DNA of 64,000 nucleotides from Ascoidea asiatica JCM 7603. Lineage: Eukaryota > Fungi > Ascomycota. The notes under the pieces are model-generated. The model worked only from the letters and a program-made list of their open reading frames with translations, ran no database searches and was not told the origin of the DNA. Where the stretch lies: the NCBI GenBank assembly GCA_001600695.1, contig BCKQ01000007.1, positions 94,040 through 158,039 of the forward strand. The letters are read 5' to 3'. Below, one piece after another: positions 25,094 through 39,002 of the stretch (its first letter is position 1; every line of letters begins with the position of its first letter). A program made the position numbers and the translations under genes.

Positions 25094-26348
25094 TTAAGAA
25101 TCATCATCGTCATCATCATCACTATATATGACTCTCCTCTTTTTACGAGAACTTGCCCTTTTATCATCTTCATCATCATGATGGCTACTAAACCTTTCTT
25201 TTTCTCTAGCATTTCCTAATCTTTCTGCTCTTTCCAAATCATCGTCATCTTCATCTTCATATTTCTCTATTTCTTCTTCATCAGGGGCAACGAAATCATC
25301 ATCATCTTCGTCATCTTCATAGTCATATTTATCTTTATAGTTCATTGTTTCTGCATCTTCATCTATTTCTCCATCACCAAATCTTGGATGACGGAAATTT
25401 TCATGTCTTGTTTTTGATGAAAATGTACCGGAAGTAAATTCTTTATCTTCTTGTTGTATTTTTTTCAATCTTTCCCTTCTTCTTTTTTTATCTTCTTCAA
25501 TTTCTTTTTCTTCTAATTCCCTTCTTTCTTTATTTGGATCTTCAGTTATATTAATTTGTTCTGCACGCATTTTTTTAGAAAAATCTTTATTTTTAAAATA
25601 AGCAGCTAATTTTCTATGAGTTAAAGAAGAAACAGAAGTTGGAACAAATTTCATACTTTTATTAAAAATTGAAGTTGTTTGTAATAATTTTAAATTATCA
25701 TGACGAATTGTTAAAAAATTATCATTTAATTTTGTTCTTACAACATCAAAAAATTCAGAACCTAATTTTAAAGATAAAGAACCATCATCCCATTCAATAA
25801 ATTGAGCATTTGATTGTTTTTTTAAAGAATTTGAAGTTTCATCTTGAACATGTCTCCATCTTATTGTATTTTCAGCAATTAATTTTTCAATAATTCTTTC
25901 ATCTTCACTCATTTTTTCAAATCTTTTTTGTTTTTGTAATAATGAAGCTTCATAACTTTCAGAAACAAATTCTTTTGGTTCAACAAATAAAAAATTTGGT
26001 AATTGAATATGATAAATATCATTATTTAATGCATGATGAGATATATTATGTCTTGGCAACTCTAGATTTTCAACTTTTGTAGAATCTTCTTCACCATAAT
26101 CAGAATTATCTGGATTTTCATATTTTAAACGATATTCTTTATCTCCATATATTTCAATTTCTTCATTTCCAAAATCATCATTATATTCACTTTTAATATC
26201 AATATTACTTGTTTGAGAAAATGAATCTTCCTTTTTAATTACATTATCTTTATCGTTATCTTCATCATCATCATCTCCAAACAAATCATCAACATCATCC
26301 TCGACTTCATTATTATCATCAAGATTTTTCTTTACCTTGATATTATTG

Positions 26349-26386
<38 letters not shown>

Positions 26387-26479
26387 GTTATCACTTTGAT
26401 TTGATATTATAGATATTTCAGGATTTGAAGAATCATGATCACTTTCCAATCCTTGAGGATCAGATTTATCAGAATCCAT
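25094..26479 (-). CDS. LEO1: Paf1 complex subunit Leo1
   Basis: DDLFGDDDDE, PNFLFVEPKEF, ENTIRWR, SNAQFIEWDDGSLSLKLGSEFFDV, FVPTSVSSLTHRKL; acidic termini. Confidence 0.94.
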
Positions 26480-29400
26480 ATTTCAAAATAAAAACTTTAT
26501 ATTTCCTTAAATTTGAAGAATTGTTGTAAATTTCAACTTCATCGAATTTCACTTCTTACCAAACAAACAACCAATTCTTATTATAATTTACCATTACAAT
26601 ATTTCAATATTTCAATATTTCAATTAACATTTGAGTATCGTTAAAAGAAAATGGAAAAGGTTTAGAAACTGCTCACATGCAAATTCACGTGCTGTCCTAC
26701 TTAAAGGTCTTTGGATAGCTAAAAATAATAAATATAGGACAACCAGCCATATACACCCGGAAAAGAAGTGAAACCCCATTACTGTGGAAAATAATTAAAA
26801 CACGTGAGTTTTGAGGCTGTAAAAACAGTAAATTTTGTTCTGAAATTCCAAAAGTGAATTTTTAGTGCTTGCCGAGCGGCGACTTCAAATCCAGCCCACA
26901 AACACCTGGTGCAACATGTCTTCACATCCGTGATCATGTGTGCTTATAGGCAAACGTACGTGTAGTAACGTTTTATAACGTCTATAAACAGTACAAAACA
27001 GTCCGTAACGGGTTGTAACATTTTGCAACAGTTGACAACGTCTATGCGCTATTTTTGCTTTCCAGATCTCTACAACGTTTGTGTGCAGGGTTTTTCCAAA
27101 TATTATGAATATTGGAAACTTACGTACACCAGCTGGAAGATAGGTGCATGCTTGAGTAAACTGGTAACCCCAGATAGAGTCTTGATATGTTATCGTTAAC
27201 TTACGAGTGAGTTTGGCTGACTTATGGCTTACGTGATAATTTAGTTCTGGCTGTTCTGCGGGCATTTTTGTTCGCCCAAAGAAAGAAGGAAGATCCTTCA
27301 GGTTGAGTTAACAACACTGCTTGTTTTCAGCTGTACGATACTTTAGCATCGAAAAATACCTGATCTCGTTCAACAATGAAAAATTACTGTTCTGAAGTGA
27401 ACTGGAAACGTTATTGGCTGAGTCAATGAATAATCGATAAATTCGATTACAAAGTAATACCAAATGTATTTCAATTGGTTTATGATATCAATTCTTTATG
27501 CGAAAAAGGTACAGTGCTGAAATGCCCAAGTTTCAATGTCGATCTGGTGTTCTTCAATTGAACCATTTATCAGACGATAAATCTTTTGTACTTTATGACC
27601 AGAGAAAGAATATCACTTTTAACAAAAAATTTATATTGGCATAATAAGAATAATGATCAACTTTTGTTTCCCTGTTTTTGTTTTGTTTTTATTATTGTGT
27701 TTGAGCTTTTAAGGAGGTTTTTGAATCCAAAAAGAGTCAATAAAACTCAGTTTCATAACGATCATACTTCTTGATATATTAAGACACTTTTTTCCTTTCT
27801 TTTTTTTTTTTCTTTTTTATTTTCATGAATCAAATCGATTTAAGGAAAACCTCATTACAAAAATATTTAATAACACTTGAAACTGACAGCATATGTTACG
27901 ATATCTTATACTGAAGTTATTTTATATTATGCTCTCAAAAATATAGTGCTCCCCTTTTTATGAATCTGTTACAAATATTGAAACAAAAGTTATATATTCC
28001 AACATTAACTACTGGTAGAAATATTTTTCAGAAATTTATGTTTACATTAAAAATACAGTAATTGAAAATATAAAGATTTCTTTATGCCGATTTTTAAAAG
28101 AAAAATTTGAGAACCAGAAAAGTTAAGTTATTCAAACAATTTTTTACTTTATTTATAACCAAATATTCAAACATTTGAGCCGAAAATCAATGAAATCAAG
28201 TATATTAGTCAAATTAATAAACTCAAGAAACTCAAGAAACTGAATAAAGTCAAAGTAAAAATCAAATCAAATAATTGATTATTATGTTAGGATTTTTTAA
28301 CAGTCATTTATATTTTTGGAACAAACCTCAATTTTTTAAAATACTTTTTGGTTCGAGTCAATTTCATCAGTTTAATGAATAATTTCTCTTTAAAATTCAA
28401 ATAAACTAATAATTATTATTATTATTATATTATTATTATATTATTATTATATTATTATTTTATTATTATTATTATTATTATTATACTATTATTCATACCC
28501 TCACTATTAGTTACAGTCAAGATTACTGTCACTATTAAAGATCAAAAAAAAAGTAAAAGAACTAACTAGCTTTATAAAAGGATATTCGAATCATTGAATT
28601 TTTCCAAATATACTTTTTTTTTTTCATTTCTATTATTCTTCCAAAGATATACTAACTCTTTAGGTTATCATACTTTACAAATTAGTTTTCATTTTTTATT
28701 CATTTTTCTTCTTTTTTCCCTGAATTTTCACTACAATAAAAGTATTTTAGACCAAAGTTCAATTTCAAGCTGCTTCAACAAGGGAAATTAAGTTAAATTT
28801 TTCATAAAACCCCAAAAGTAAAATTGAAAACACATATGATAAAGACCTCTTAGAGAATTTTTTTTCAATTATCATTGATTAAACTACGAATTTCAATATT
28901 TTTAGAACTATAATTAATATATCTCAATCAGTCTTCTGGTTGAATTTTTTTGCGATTGAACCTTTTTTTTTAAAGACTTCTGGCTTACACTTTTTGGCTC
29001 ATTTTATTCCAACCTTTCTATTATCATTAGTAACTCACCTTTTTTACAACCCAAATGAATCAATTATATCCATATTTATTCACCATTTGTTCACCCTTTA
29101 TTCAACATATTCCAATCACTCACTTTGAAATATTTCAAAATGTTTCAAAAGTCTCCTGTCTCGTAGGAAGTTGAGAAACGCACTTTCAAAGCACAATTTA
29201 GGTGAACTCGCCTCTGCTTGGGAATTTCGTAAAGCATATTATATAAAATATTAAAATTTTCTAAAAAATTTTTCACTAAAGCATTAAATTTTAATCTTTT
29301 ACTTCACTGTGAAGAAGTAGCTCTGAGTTTAATTTTAGTGTGGACTAATTCTAAATTTCATTAACGCAATTCACTTGAAATTGTGAGCTAACATTCATTT

Positions 29401-30904
29401 TTTAGACTAAGTAACGTTACAATACCACCAGATTGATAGTAAAATAATAAAATATCCTCAATTATTAGTAATATCACCCAAAATCACCTAATATAAGCCA
29501 ATGTGAAATGAGATGAAAAGACATGAAATGATATCAGATAAGTTGGAATAAACTGGAATAAACTGGAATGACTATCACTATCAATAAATATTTCAAAGAA
29601 TTTCAAAACATTTCACGTATTTTCACAACTTTACAAAAATTCTGAACTTTTGGAGAATTTCTTCTCACTTTTTTTTGAATACAAATGAAGTTAAATATCC
29701 TCAAAATCTTCAAATTTTTTACAGAAACTGAATTGAATTTATGGGTTTGAAATTCGTAATTTTAAAATACCAAAAGTAAAAAGGTTATTAAATTATTTTT
29801 ACCTTTAATTCCTGAACACAATCTAGTATTAAAGTACGTACTGCTGGCTAATATTGGTTAAGTGTCACTTCGACAAGAATTTTATATTAGCATTGTCAAT
29901 GTTATTTGGTTGTTTGGTTCTCCTGGCTATTGGACTATTGTACAGAAATCTAAAGGAGCTAATTCTGTAAACATTGGTGGTTTTAAGGAGAATTTAAAAG
30001 TCCCAGACTTATTTTTATTATTTTTTGTTTTTTTTATGTTTTTTTTCTCAAAATTGCACTTTTAAACTGCCCATAGTATTAAGTAAAAGGTAAAGAACAT
30101 ATTAAAAATAAATATTTTATTTTATTTTTTTTGTATTGACAGTAAAACCATCAATTATTTTGTATGATAAACCATTTTGTTTATCTTATTAAACTGTGAC
30201 AAAGATAATATCCAATTGGTTAATATTGAAGATAAAGATAATAGATAAGAACTTAGATAAATAATATTTTTATTAGTTATTATAAACGATTATAATATAG
30301 GGAGTGAAATAGAATAATAAATAAAATGATAAAATGATAAAGTGATAATATGATTATAATATGATAATATGATTATATGAAAAATGATAGTCAATAAAAT
30401 GAATTTTTTTTTATAAATAAAAACATTAAAAAAAAGCACGAAAAATATAAAAATAAATAAGAAACAACTGAAGAACTAAATATTAACAACACTGTAATTA
30501 TCATAATACAAAAGGAATATTAAAATACTAGACCAATCTTTAAATGCAGATCAATAAATAAATGAAAAAAAATAATAAAAAGAAAAGTAAAAAAAAAAGT
30601 AAAAGAAGGATCTTAATTTATAAAAAAGTTGTAAGATAATGATAAATTAAATAAACTAAAATAAAATAAAATATTTTAATAATACATTTGAATTGGAGTG
30701 CATTTTGTCTTCTTCTTTTTTTTATTTTATTTTGTTTTGGTTTGATTTTGCTTTGTTATGTCTTGCTTGCTTGTTTGTTTGTTTTCATGATCAATTTATA
30801 TTGATTTGTTGTAGAATAACAGCCAAAACTAAACCAGCATTTCATAACAGGGATCAAATAAATGTGTATATATATATATTTAAAGGAAGTGATTGAATTG
30901 ATAT

Positions 30905-31057
30905 TTAACCTTTATAATCTTTTGGATATTTTGTAATTACTTTTCCATATTTGGCTTGTTCCATTAACTGTTGTCTGTAAAATTGTACTAATGGTGACAT
31001 ATCATTTTCATCTATTGGATTACCATTTTGATCATAAAGTTGTTGAGATTTATCCAT
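30905..31057 (-). CDS. Putative 50-aa small protein (not in ORF track)
   Basis: MDKSQQLYDQNGNPIDENDMSPLVQFYRQQLMEQAKYGKVITKYPKDYKG*. A at -3, preferred codons (TTA, CAA, GGT, CCA, AGA), non-repetitive composition, and TATAAATA on the - strand at 31476-31469. Confidence 0.6.
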   Translation of the reverse strand: MDKSQQLYDQNGNPIDENDMSPLVQFYRQQLMEQAKYGKVITKYPKDYKG

Positions 31058-33090
31058 TATTAATATTATATGAATTGATTTATATTATTGAGTTGAATTT
31101 TAATTTGAATTTGAATTTTAATTTGAATTTAAATCAAATTGATATAGACAAAATTGAAGATTGAAGAGTACAATTATATTTGATTAGAGAGTATTAATCT
31201 TTTGAAAAGTAATTGATAAGTGAAATAAGTGAAGAATATTGAAGTGAATCTAAATAAATTTGATTTATAATATACAAGAATTTAAATAGATATTTATATT
31301 GAAATTAGTATTGCTATTGCTATTGTTATTGCTATTTCTATTATCACAGATGTTAATATTATTATTTTGTTATAAAAGTTAAGGATATTGATGTTGATGA
31401 TATGATAATTGAAAGCTATATTTAAATTTTATAAATTATAGTTAAAGAAAAATGGGTAAAGGAGGAACTATTTATATGAATTTGTTTTAATATAATATAT
31501 ATTCAAGTATTGAAAATTTAAAGTGTGAAGTTAAATCTTTTCATTCTTTTATACTGTACTTTGAAAAAAAAAAATAGAAAAATATTATTAAGAATAAACC
31601 TACAATTGTCACATAAGTGAAAATTTTAAATTTGAAAGTGAATTTTAATTTGAAATTTAGATTTAAACAATATTCAAGTACTTTACTGTGAAAAAATTCT
31701 TTTCTTGTCAAAAAGCTTTATCCAATTTCAAATTCAAAACGAATATAAAATGTTAAAATTGATTATTTTGTTGTTTTGTTTAGCACTGGTGTTAGTTGTT
31801 AGTACTGAGAATAGCAAGTTTGTATTAAACTTAGCAGAGAAAATAGTAGTTTTTTAACAAAAATCGAAATTTTTAGAAAAAAATTATTGATAATTGCTGA
31901 TAATAATCGATAATCTGATACGTATCAATATTTCCAGTAACCTTACTGTACATCATTTCTCTTACAGTATTAGAAAATAAATTTTATTGAGTATGAATAT
32001 GAATATGAATATGAATTATGAATTATTTTTTCATAAAGTACTGTATCAATTTTTCAAATTCAAATAATAAAAATTATTAAAAAATTTTGGTTAAAAAAGA
32101 ATTTTCAAGAGAAGATCATTGAAAAAAAATCTTAAATTCCTTTAGGAGATAAAATAGTTGAAAATGGTAGATAAATTGTAGAATAATTGTAGAAAATCAT
32201 GAACAGAATAAAATTCTTACTAAGATGAAAAATTTTAAAACCATAAAGTTAAGTATATTTTTGTAGTATTAAGCTAAAAAAAGCTTACAACTGTGGTAAA
32301 GGAATAAAGAAGAGTAGGAATATGTGAACTAAACAAATATTAATTCAATTCATTAATTATTTTATTATTTTATTATTTATTGATAATATTTTTTTCATTT
32401 ATTTTTTTTGTTTGTCTATTGAAAGAGATAAACTCAGAATCTTCATTATTGTTTGGTATTTGTTCCACTTAACATTACCTTTTGTTGAAAATATCTATTT
32501 GCTTTTAAAGATAACAACACCCTTAAATGAAAGTTTTAAAAGAGTGTGAATAATTTAAAAATTCTAAAGTACTCAATTTGAAATTCAAAATGAATTGAGA
32601 ATATATTCAAAAATAAAGCAAAACTATTAAAAAGAAATCAAAAGAAATAATGATTGTGTGAAATTTTTCGGGTGTAGCATACACCACCCAACAAATTCAT
32701 TGAAATTATATACCAAAAATAGTAATTTTTAACAAAATAAAGATAAAACATCTTTGTGACTTATAAGACAAGTTTATCATTCAAGTATGATTCAATTGAG
32801 TCTAATTGAATTGATTTCAAAAGATTTCTTAATATACTATAAAATTTTTTAATTTCACATAAAATTTTATTGAATTTCTTAGTAATGATGAGAATCAAAA
32901 CAATTTGATGACAATTTCATTTTCAATTCTCAGTTTGTATTAAACATGATATTACTGTACCAATAAATATATATTTTTTTTATAATAATTCTTTAAAAGA
33001 CTATTTGAATATTTGAAGTTGAATCATAATAATTACTGTAGGTTTTAGAAAAAATGGAAATTCGAATCTGAAATTTCACATTAGACAACA

Positions 33091-33182
33091 TAAATATTAT
33101 ATAATCACTCTCTAGATCGTAAAGAAATTGAACTAAATATTATATAATCACTCTCTAGATCGTAAAGAAATTGAACTAAATA
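33091..33182. repeat. Perfect 43-bp tandem duplication
   Basis: TAAATATTATATAATCACTCTCTAGATCGTAAAGAAATTGAAC at 33091-33133 and 33134-33176, followed by TAAATA. Confidence 0.95.
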
Positions 33183-36100
33183 ATATTTAAGAAACTTTTC
33201 ATAGAGTATTGCAATTATTGTACTACGTGTGAGATTAAATGACAAAATAAGAAAAATCTTAGAAACTAATTTTCACAATATCTATTTAATTTTCAAAATT
33301 ATTTATAAGATTGAATGCAAAAGAAATTGTGGTTTGATTATTGATCTATTGTTAAACTGATATCAAATTTATTTCTCAATAAGATAGGCATGGATGAGAT
33401 ATAAACCTTTTTATAAACAAACTATTGAAATAAAATTTATTTGAAAGTAATAGTATGTTAAATGATCTCTAAAGTACATCAAAAGGAGCTAGTTTTGAAA
33501 AAAAAGTGAATTTTAATTGCTTTTATTTACTCAATTCTTGAATTTTTGAATTGATTAATTTTATAATTCTTCAAATCTGAAAAAATTGAGATGTAAAAGA
33601 CTTAAAGATTTGAAAACTTTTAAGATTGAATATATTTAACTTTAGGGATTTATTTCAGATAATTCAGGCAAAAGCTATGTAGGGTTGTTTCTTCAACATA
33701 ATTTCAAAAGATACTTTGATATTGATATTGATATTGACATTAGTATTTTTCTCGAAATTTTCATATGAAATGCTTTATTGAATTGAAATTTCAAATTGAT
33801 TCAATTAAATATTTTAACATATATTCAAATAGAAGATATTAAAATTATTGAAGTTTACAATATTTGGATTTTTTCAACATCTGGCCACCTTGTTTTCAAC
33901 CAGTTTCAACATACTCAAATATATTCCAATTAAATCAGGGTTCTTGGCTTTCCTAAGACTTCAGAAACAATTTAATGAATGGAAACTTTCAGTCATTTGA
34001 AAAATTTGTTTGAGCTTCTTTTTGAAGGGAACTTTCCAACAAATCTCTGATTTCAAATACGAGATATTTCTGTGTTGAATTGATTTCCAGATAATAAAAA
34101 AAAAAAGATGAATCATGAAAACATTTTCAAATGAAAAAAAAAAATAATTGACTGAAAAATTTGAAAATAGTGATGACGACAAACTTGTACCACTTGTCTT
34201 TTTCCCATGGAATTATCACTTCCATTCCCATTTGGTCAATCGTGGAAAATGATAAATAATAATAATAACGAAATATATTAAATAATAAAATATAAAAAAT
34301 AAATAATAATTAATAATTAATAAATAAACAATCATCAAAAAGAAATTTTGCAAAGTCACAGGCAACTAATTAAAATTCCTTCACGAATCTCACAATTCGT
34401 AAACTCACTTTCACTTCCCACAGTGTCTTACGTAAGCAACTACTTCCGGACTAAATGTGTGCTGCTGGGCCATGTAGACCCATTTTTTTATCAGCAACAC
34501 TAACGCTTCTCGCATGCTGAAAAGCGCGGTGGAAATCCAAGCAGCAGGTTTTCAGCACTTAACTCATACCAGATTTTATACCACAAACGCATTAATGCGT
34601 TGAGTGTGGCAACTGTAACGCAAGTTACAATATTAGCTTAGCCGAGAATTTAATTGACTAATGAATTGAGTCAAAGTTCTACATCAATGAATTAAATGAG
34701 AACACTCGCCAGTTTTTGAACTAAACATCAATCTAATGATTATACTAAAGGAATTATATAAGTTTTCAGAAGGTGTACTTCTTATTTTTTTTTTTTTTTT
34801 TTGAAAGGTAGGTGAATTCTTAGTCCATTTTTTTTTATCTCTGAAAATTCCATAACCACATGGGCCCATTAACATCAGAGTCACTCTTGAAAAATAGTCT
34901 AGCTTTGACCAGATAATTTATGGTATTGGAGAACCTTAATGTTAAAGTACTAATGTTAACGTTAACGTTAAATTAATTAACTTTGCTACTAGCGTAAAAA
35001 CTATACAGAATTCGTAATGTTAATCTCGATTAACAAGTACGGCGATATACTGGTATTTAGTGTGGTATACAGTTAGATGCCGAAAATAACATCTTGATTT
35101 ATAAACTTAAGTTTCAGGTTCAATTTGTTTTTTACTCCGGCGAGTATGTTCCTGTACGCACATTTAAAGCTTTTGGTAGCACGCTACTGTATTACATACT
35201 TACGAAGGAAGATCCATCTGCAAGCCAAACTGTAGGGTTCTGTAGAACCAGTTACTGTATACAGATCCGAATGCACTCTTGGAAGTTATAATTTCCTAAA
35301 ATAAACATATATAAATTCATTTTCATTATCACACTGAATTACCATAGTTATAAATCTTTTTCTTTTCTACCTGTATTGTAATTTACTTGGCATTTGAGTA
35401 GGTAAATATACAGAGTTTGTCTAGAAACATAAATATTTAAAACAAGTATAAAAGATCTAGGAATTTTGGCGAAATGAAAATAAATGATAAGAAAGCAGTT
35501 GCAAAAAAAGGTCTGTGCCTTTTGTCTCGAGCAAAAAAATTGAAAACAATAGGTCTATTGTCAAGTCAAATACTGTTTAAAGTTTAAATGAAATAGCATA
35601 GAATGTACTATACTGGTATGAAAATCTAATAATTTCATGTTATATTCTTCATTATTAATAATTGTGTTCTAAGATTAAATTCAACAATCGATAATTATTA
35701 AAGCATTCGGAAATTCTACTCTAGGGGTTTTTCCGTTTTGAATGCTGGTTAGTGAAAACCATAATTTTCATTTTCTTTCTATCTTTTTTTATAAAAATGT
35801 TTGAGTAAAAGAAAACAAACATGATTAAAATCGGCTTTTTACTCTTGACTTTAAGAGAAATTCAAATTTTTTAGATATGCTAGCACTCAAGATTATGAAA
35901 AATTGTTGATATTGATTATAGCAGATTTAGTACTATAATAAGCTATCGTAACAGGTTGTTGGTTTTCTATAGACGTATTCACCATAGGTCAATAAGATAT
36001 ATGATTTTTTTGAAATTTTTGGATCACAAACTGCAAAATTATTTTCCATTTCAAAGGAAAATTTTGGGAGTACTAGGTAGAAATAAGTATTAAATAATTT

Positions 36101-37583
36101 TTAAAAATCTACTAAAAATTTCATGATATAGATAAATCCAATAAAAAGAAAAGAGAAATCAAAAAAAGAATTTCATTTATAAGTAATTTAACTTTAGTAC
36201 CGGTTGAAGAATATTCCTTATGATTTATAAAAATGAAGTTTCAAACCACTCAGATTTGAGAGTAAAAGTAAAAAGCCTTAGTTGTTTTTGTTTATCTTCT
36301 ATTACAGTTTTGATTAATGTTTTTTTTTTCCGACTTGATTGTAATTGTAATTGTAATTATAATTACGATTATGATTGTGATTGTGAATTTTAGATCTCAT
36401 TGTCTAGACTTTGAAATCAATTAAAATTTCTTTATTGTACAGTACCAAATCACAATCACAAATTGAATCTCCTTTTTTTTATTAATTTTGCAAAGTACTA
36501 ATATTTATCCGAATATATTGAAAATTTCAGCTGATCATTAAAACAATGTTTGTTTTATGAAACATCAGCTCACTATCCTTTTCTGATATCTTATTTATCT
36601 TTTTAGTTATTATTCTAATATTTCCTAAAATCAAGCTCATAAACCAATTAGTATGGGTATTTTATAAATGTTTCTAGCTGCATTTGCACTATCAAATTTT
36701 AAACATTCATCAATAAAGCTTTTGGTGTTTGGATGTAGAACCGGTGTGCGGATATTCCCTTTTAACGATGGTTTAATGTTTGAAAATTTCTTTTAGGACA
36801 AGAGTAACTCTTAGGGCAAAAGAGCCCTAACTTCAAAGAAGCCTCAACACAAGAGAAGATAAAGCCTCTCCTGTCAGTTTTCAGTAGTAATACGCCACTA
36901 CAAAAAATGAAAAGACTAAATAGGAAGCATTCTCATTTTAGTATAAATCCGCTTGAGATTTTGGATACGAGAATAAACGAATACGAGATCCTAAGGTTTT
37001 CTTTACAAAAACTTTTGAGGATTTCCACGTGCTCATACATATTTTTTCTGCGTCAAAGATCAAAAATCGTCACGCACTTTCCCAGGTATTATGCTAGGTC
37101 CTGTTTGGTGATAAGCGAACACCTCAGCGATCACAAATACTGCCACAGAATTGTTCGCTTAAAGATAACTCGCCTTCTCAGTCATTTCATGACCGATATT
37201 TCATTTTCCTTTATTCACAGGAAATCACGATAAATGATGCTCTGAAGAAGGAAAATCGCCTTAAATTCAATTTCTCAATTGATTTTACTATTAAATATCC
37301 TTAATTATTTTCTTTATTAATCAGTAGAGTAATTTCAAGAAAATAATGAATCATCTTCTTTTATAAGTTAATAGCTTATTTATAGTTAAATAAACCTTAT
37401 GAAATAAAAATATATAAAAAGTTTTGTCTTTTCATAAAAGACTATATTCAAAAAGGTATTTGTAGTATTGACTGCATTATCTATCAATATTTTTCAATTC
37501 AATTTTTCAAATAATTTAAACATATTTTCAAATTGGTTCCTTCAAAGAATACGTTTTAGTGAATTTGAGAAAAGATAATATAT

Positions 37584-39002
37584 ATGGCTTCAGTTAATAA
37601 TATAGAAATTCCTTTGGCGAAAGCCAGCAAAAAATCTTCAATAATAAGTTTAACAAAAACAATAATTGGAGCAGGAATGCTAGCAATTCCATATGCTTTT
37701 AGAGCTGATGGTATAATTTTTGGTATTCTTATAGTTATCTTAGCTGCAATTACTAGTGGTTTTGGTTTATTTTTACAAATTAAAACTTCAAAATTTTTAC
37801 CTCCAGGAAATGCCTCTTTTTTTGGGATTTGTTCAATAACTTATCCAAAATTATCTGTCTTATTTGATATTGCAATTGCAATTCAATGTTTTGGTGTTGG
37901 CTTATCTTATATAATTATAATTGGTGATCTATTACCTGATTTATTTCCTTCTGGTTCAAGACTGTTTTGGATTTTATTTTCAACAATAATTATAGTTCCA
38001 TTATGTTTTTTAAAAAATTTAGATTCTTTAAAATATACTTCAATTCTTGGTTTAATTTCAATTTCTTATTTATTTTTCTTAGTTATTATTCATTTTTTCT
38101 TAAATGATATTCCTGATAATTTAAAAGGTAAAATTAATATATTCAATATTTATAATTATAATTCAATTTTTTCAACTTTTTCAATAATAATTTTTGCATT
38201 CACTGGTCATCAAAATATGTTTTCAATTATTAATGAATCTAATGATAAATCAAATAAAAATTTAACTTCAATTTTAAAATTTGTTATGCTAATTTCAACA
38301 ATAATGTTTATTTGTATTGGTTTATCAGGTTATTTAACTTTTGGTGAAAAAGTTAAAGATAATATAGTTTTAATGTATCCAGATTCTTTTTCAACCAAAT
38401 TAGGAAAATTGGCTTTATGTTTCATGGTAATTTTTTCTTTTCCTTTAATGTTTCATCCAGCCAGAATAAGTGTTAATAATATATATCATTGGTTAAAAGT
38501 TAATTATTTCACTTGTTCATCATCAAATCCAAAATTTGATTTAAATCAAACAATTGTATCAGAAACTACTCAACTTATCTCTTCTTCTGATTCTCGAACC
38601 ACTAATAGTCCTAATGCAAATACCCAAGCTAATTCAATTAATTTAGAAGAAGTGATTGTTCCTTTTCCAAATTCTACTTTCATAATTATAACAGTTCTGC
38701 TTTTAATTCTGGCTTATAGTTTAGCTCTCAGTATTTCTTCTTTTGCTTTGGTTTTATCGTTAGTTGGAGCAACTGGATCAACTGCAATTTCATTTATATT
38801 ACCCGGTTTATTTGGATATAAGTTATTAGGTCAAAGTAACTCACCATCAATTTTACCCGGTTTCAGTGATTCATCTTCTTTATCATCATCATCATCATCA
38901 TCATTATCAAATAGAAAATTTTATAAAATTTCGAGTTTACTTTTGGTGTTTTGGGGAATTTTAGTTATGGTTGTTTGTGTGTTTGCAACTTTAACCATGT
39001 AA
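37584..39002 (+). CDS. AVT7: Vacuolar amino-acid transporter, AAAP family (Avt7-like)
   Basis: KTIIGAGMLAIPY, QCFGVGLSY...GD, LDSLKYTSILGL, FAFTGHQNMF, GYLTFG, SFPLMFHPAR, VGATGSTAISFILPGLFGYKL; multiple hydrophobic segments. Confidence 0.88.
   Translation: MASVNNIEIPLAKASKKSSIISLTKTIIGAGMLAIPYAFRADGIIFGILIVILAAITSGFGLFLQIKTSKFLPPGNASFFGICSITYPKLSVLFDIAIAIQCFGVGLSYIIIIGDLLPDLFPSGSRLFWILFSTIIIVPLCFLKNLDSLKYTSILGLISISYLFFLVIIHFFLNDIPDNLKGKINIFNIYNYNSIFSTFSIIIFAFTGHQNMFSIINESNDKSNKNLTSILKFVMLISTIMFICIGLSGYLTFGEKVKDNIVLMYPDSFSTKLGKLALCFMVIFSFPLMFHPARISVNNIYHWLKVNYFTCSSSNPKFDLNQTIVSETTQLISSSDSRTTNSPNANTQANSINLEEVIVPFPNSTFIIITVLLLILAYSLALSISSFALVLSLVGATGSTAISFILPGLFGYKLLGQSNSPSILPGFSDSSSLSSSSSSSLSNRKFYKISSLLLVFWGILVMVVCVFATLTM

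Noticed and set aside
26885-27265. 126-aa ORF upstream of LEO1
   Set aside because: Lies in a GC-rich island where stops are rarer. Codon usage is unlike the host genes and no motif is recognisable.
36907-37233. 108-aa ORF upstream of AVT7
   Set aside because: Overlaps the promoter island with atypical codons; most likely a chance ORF.
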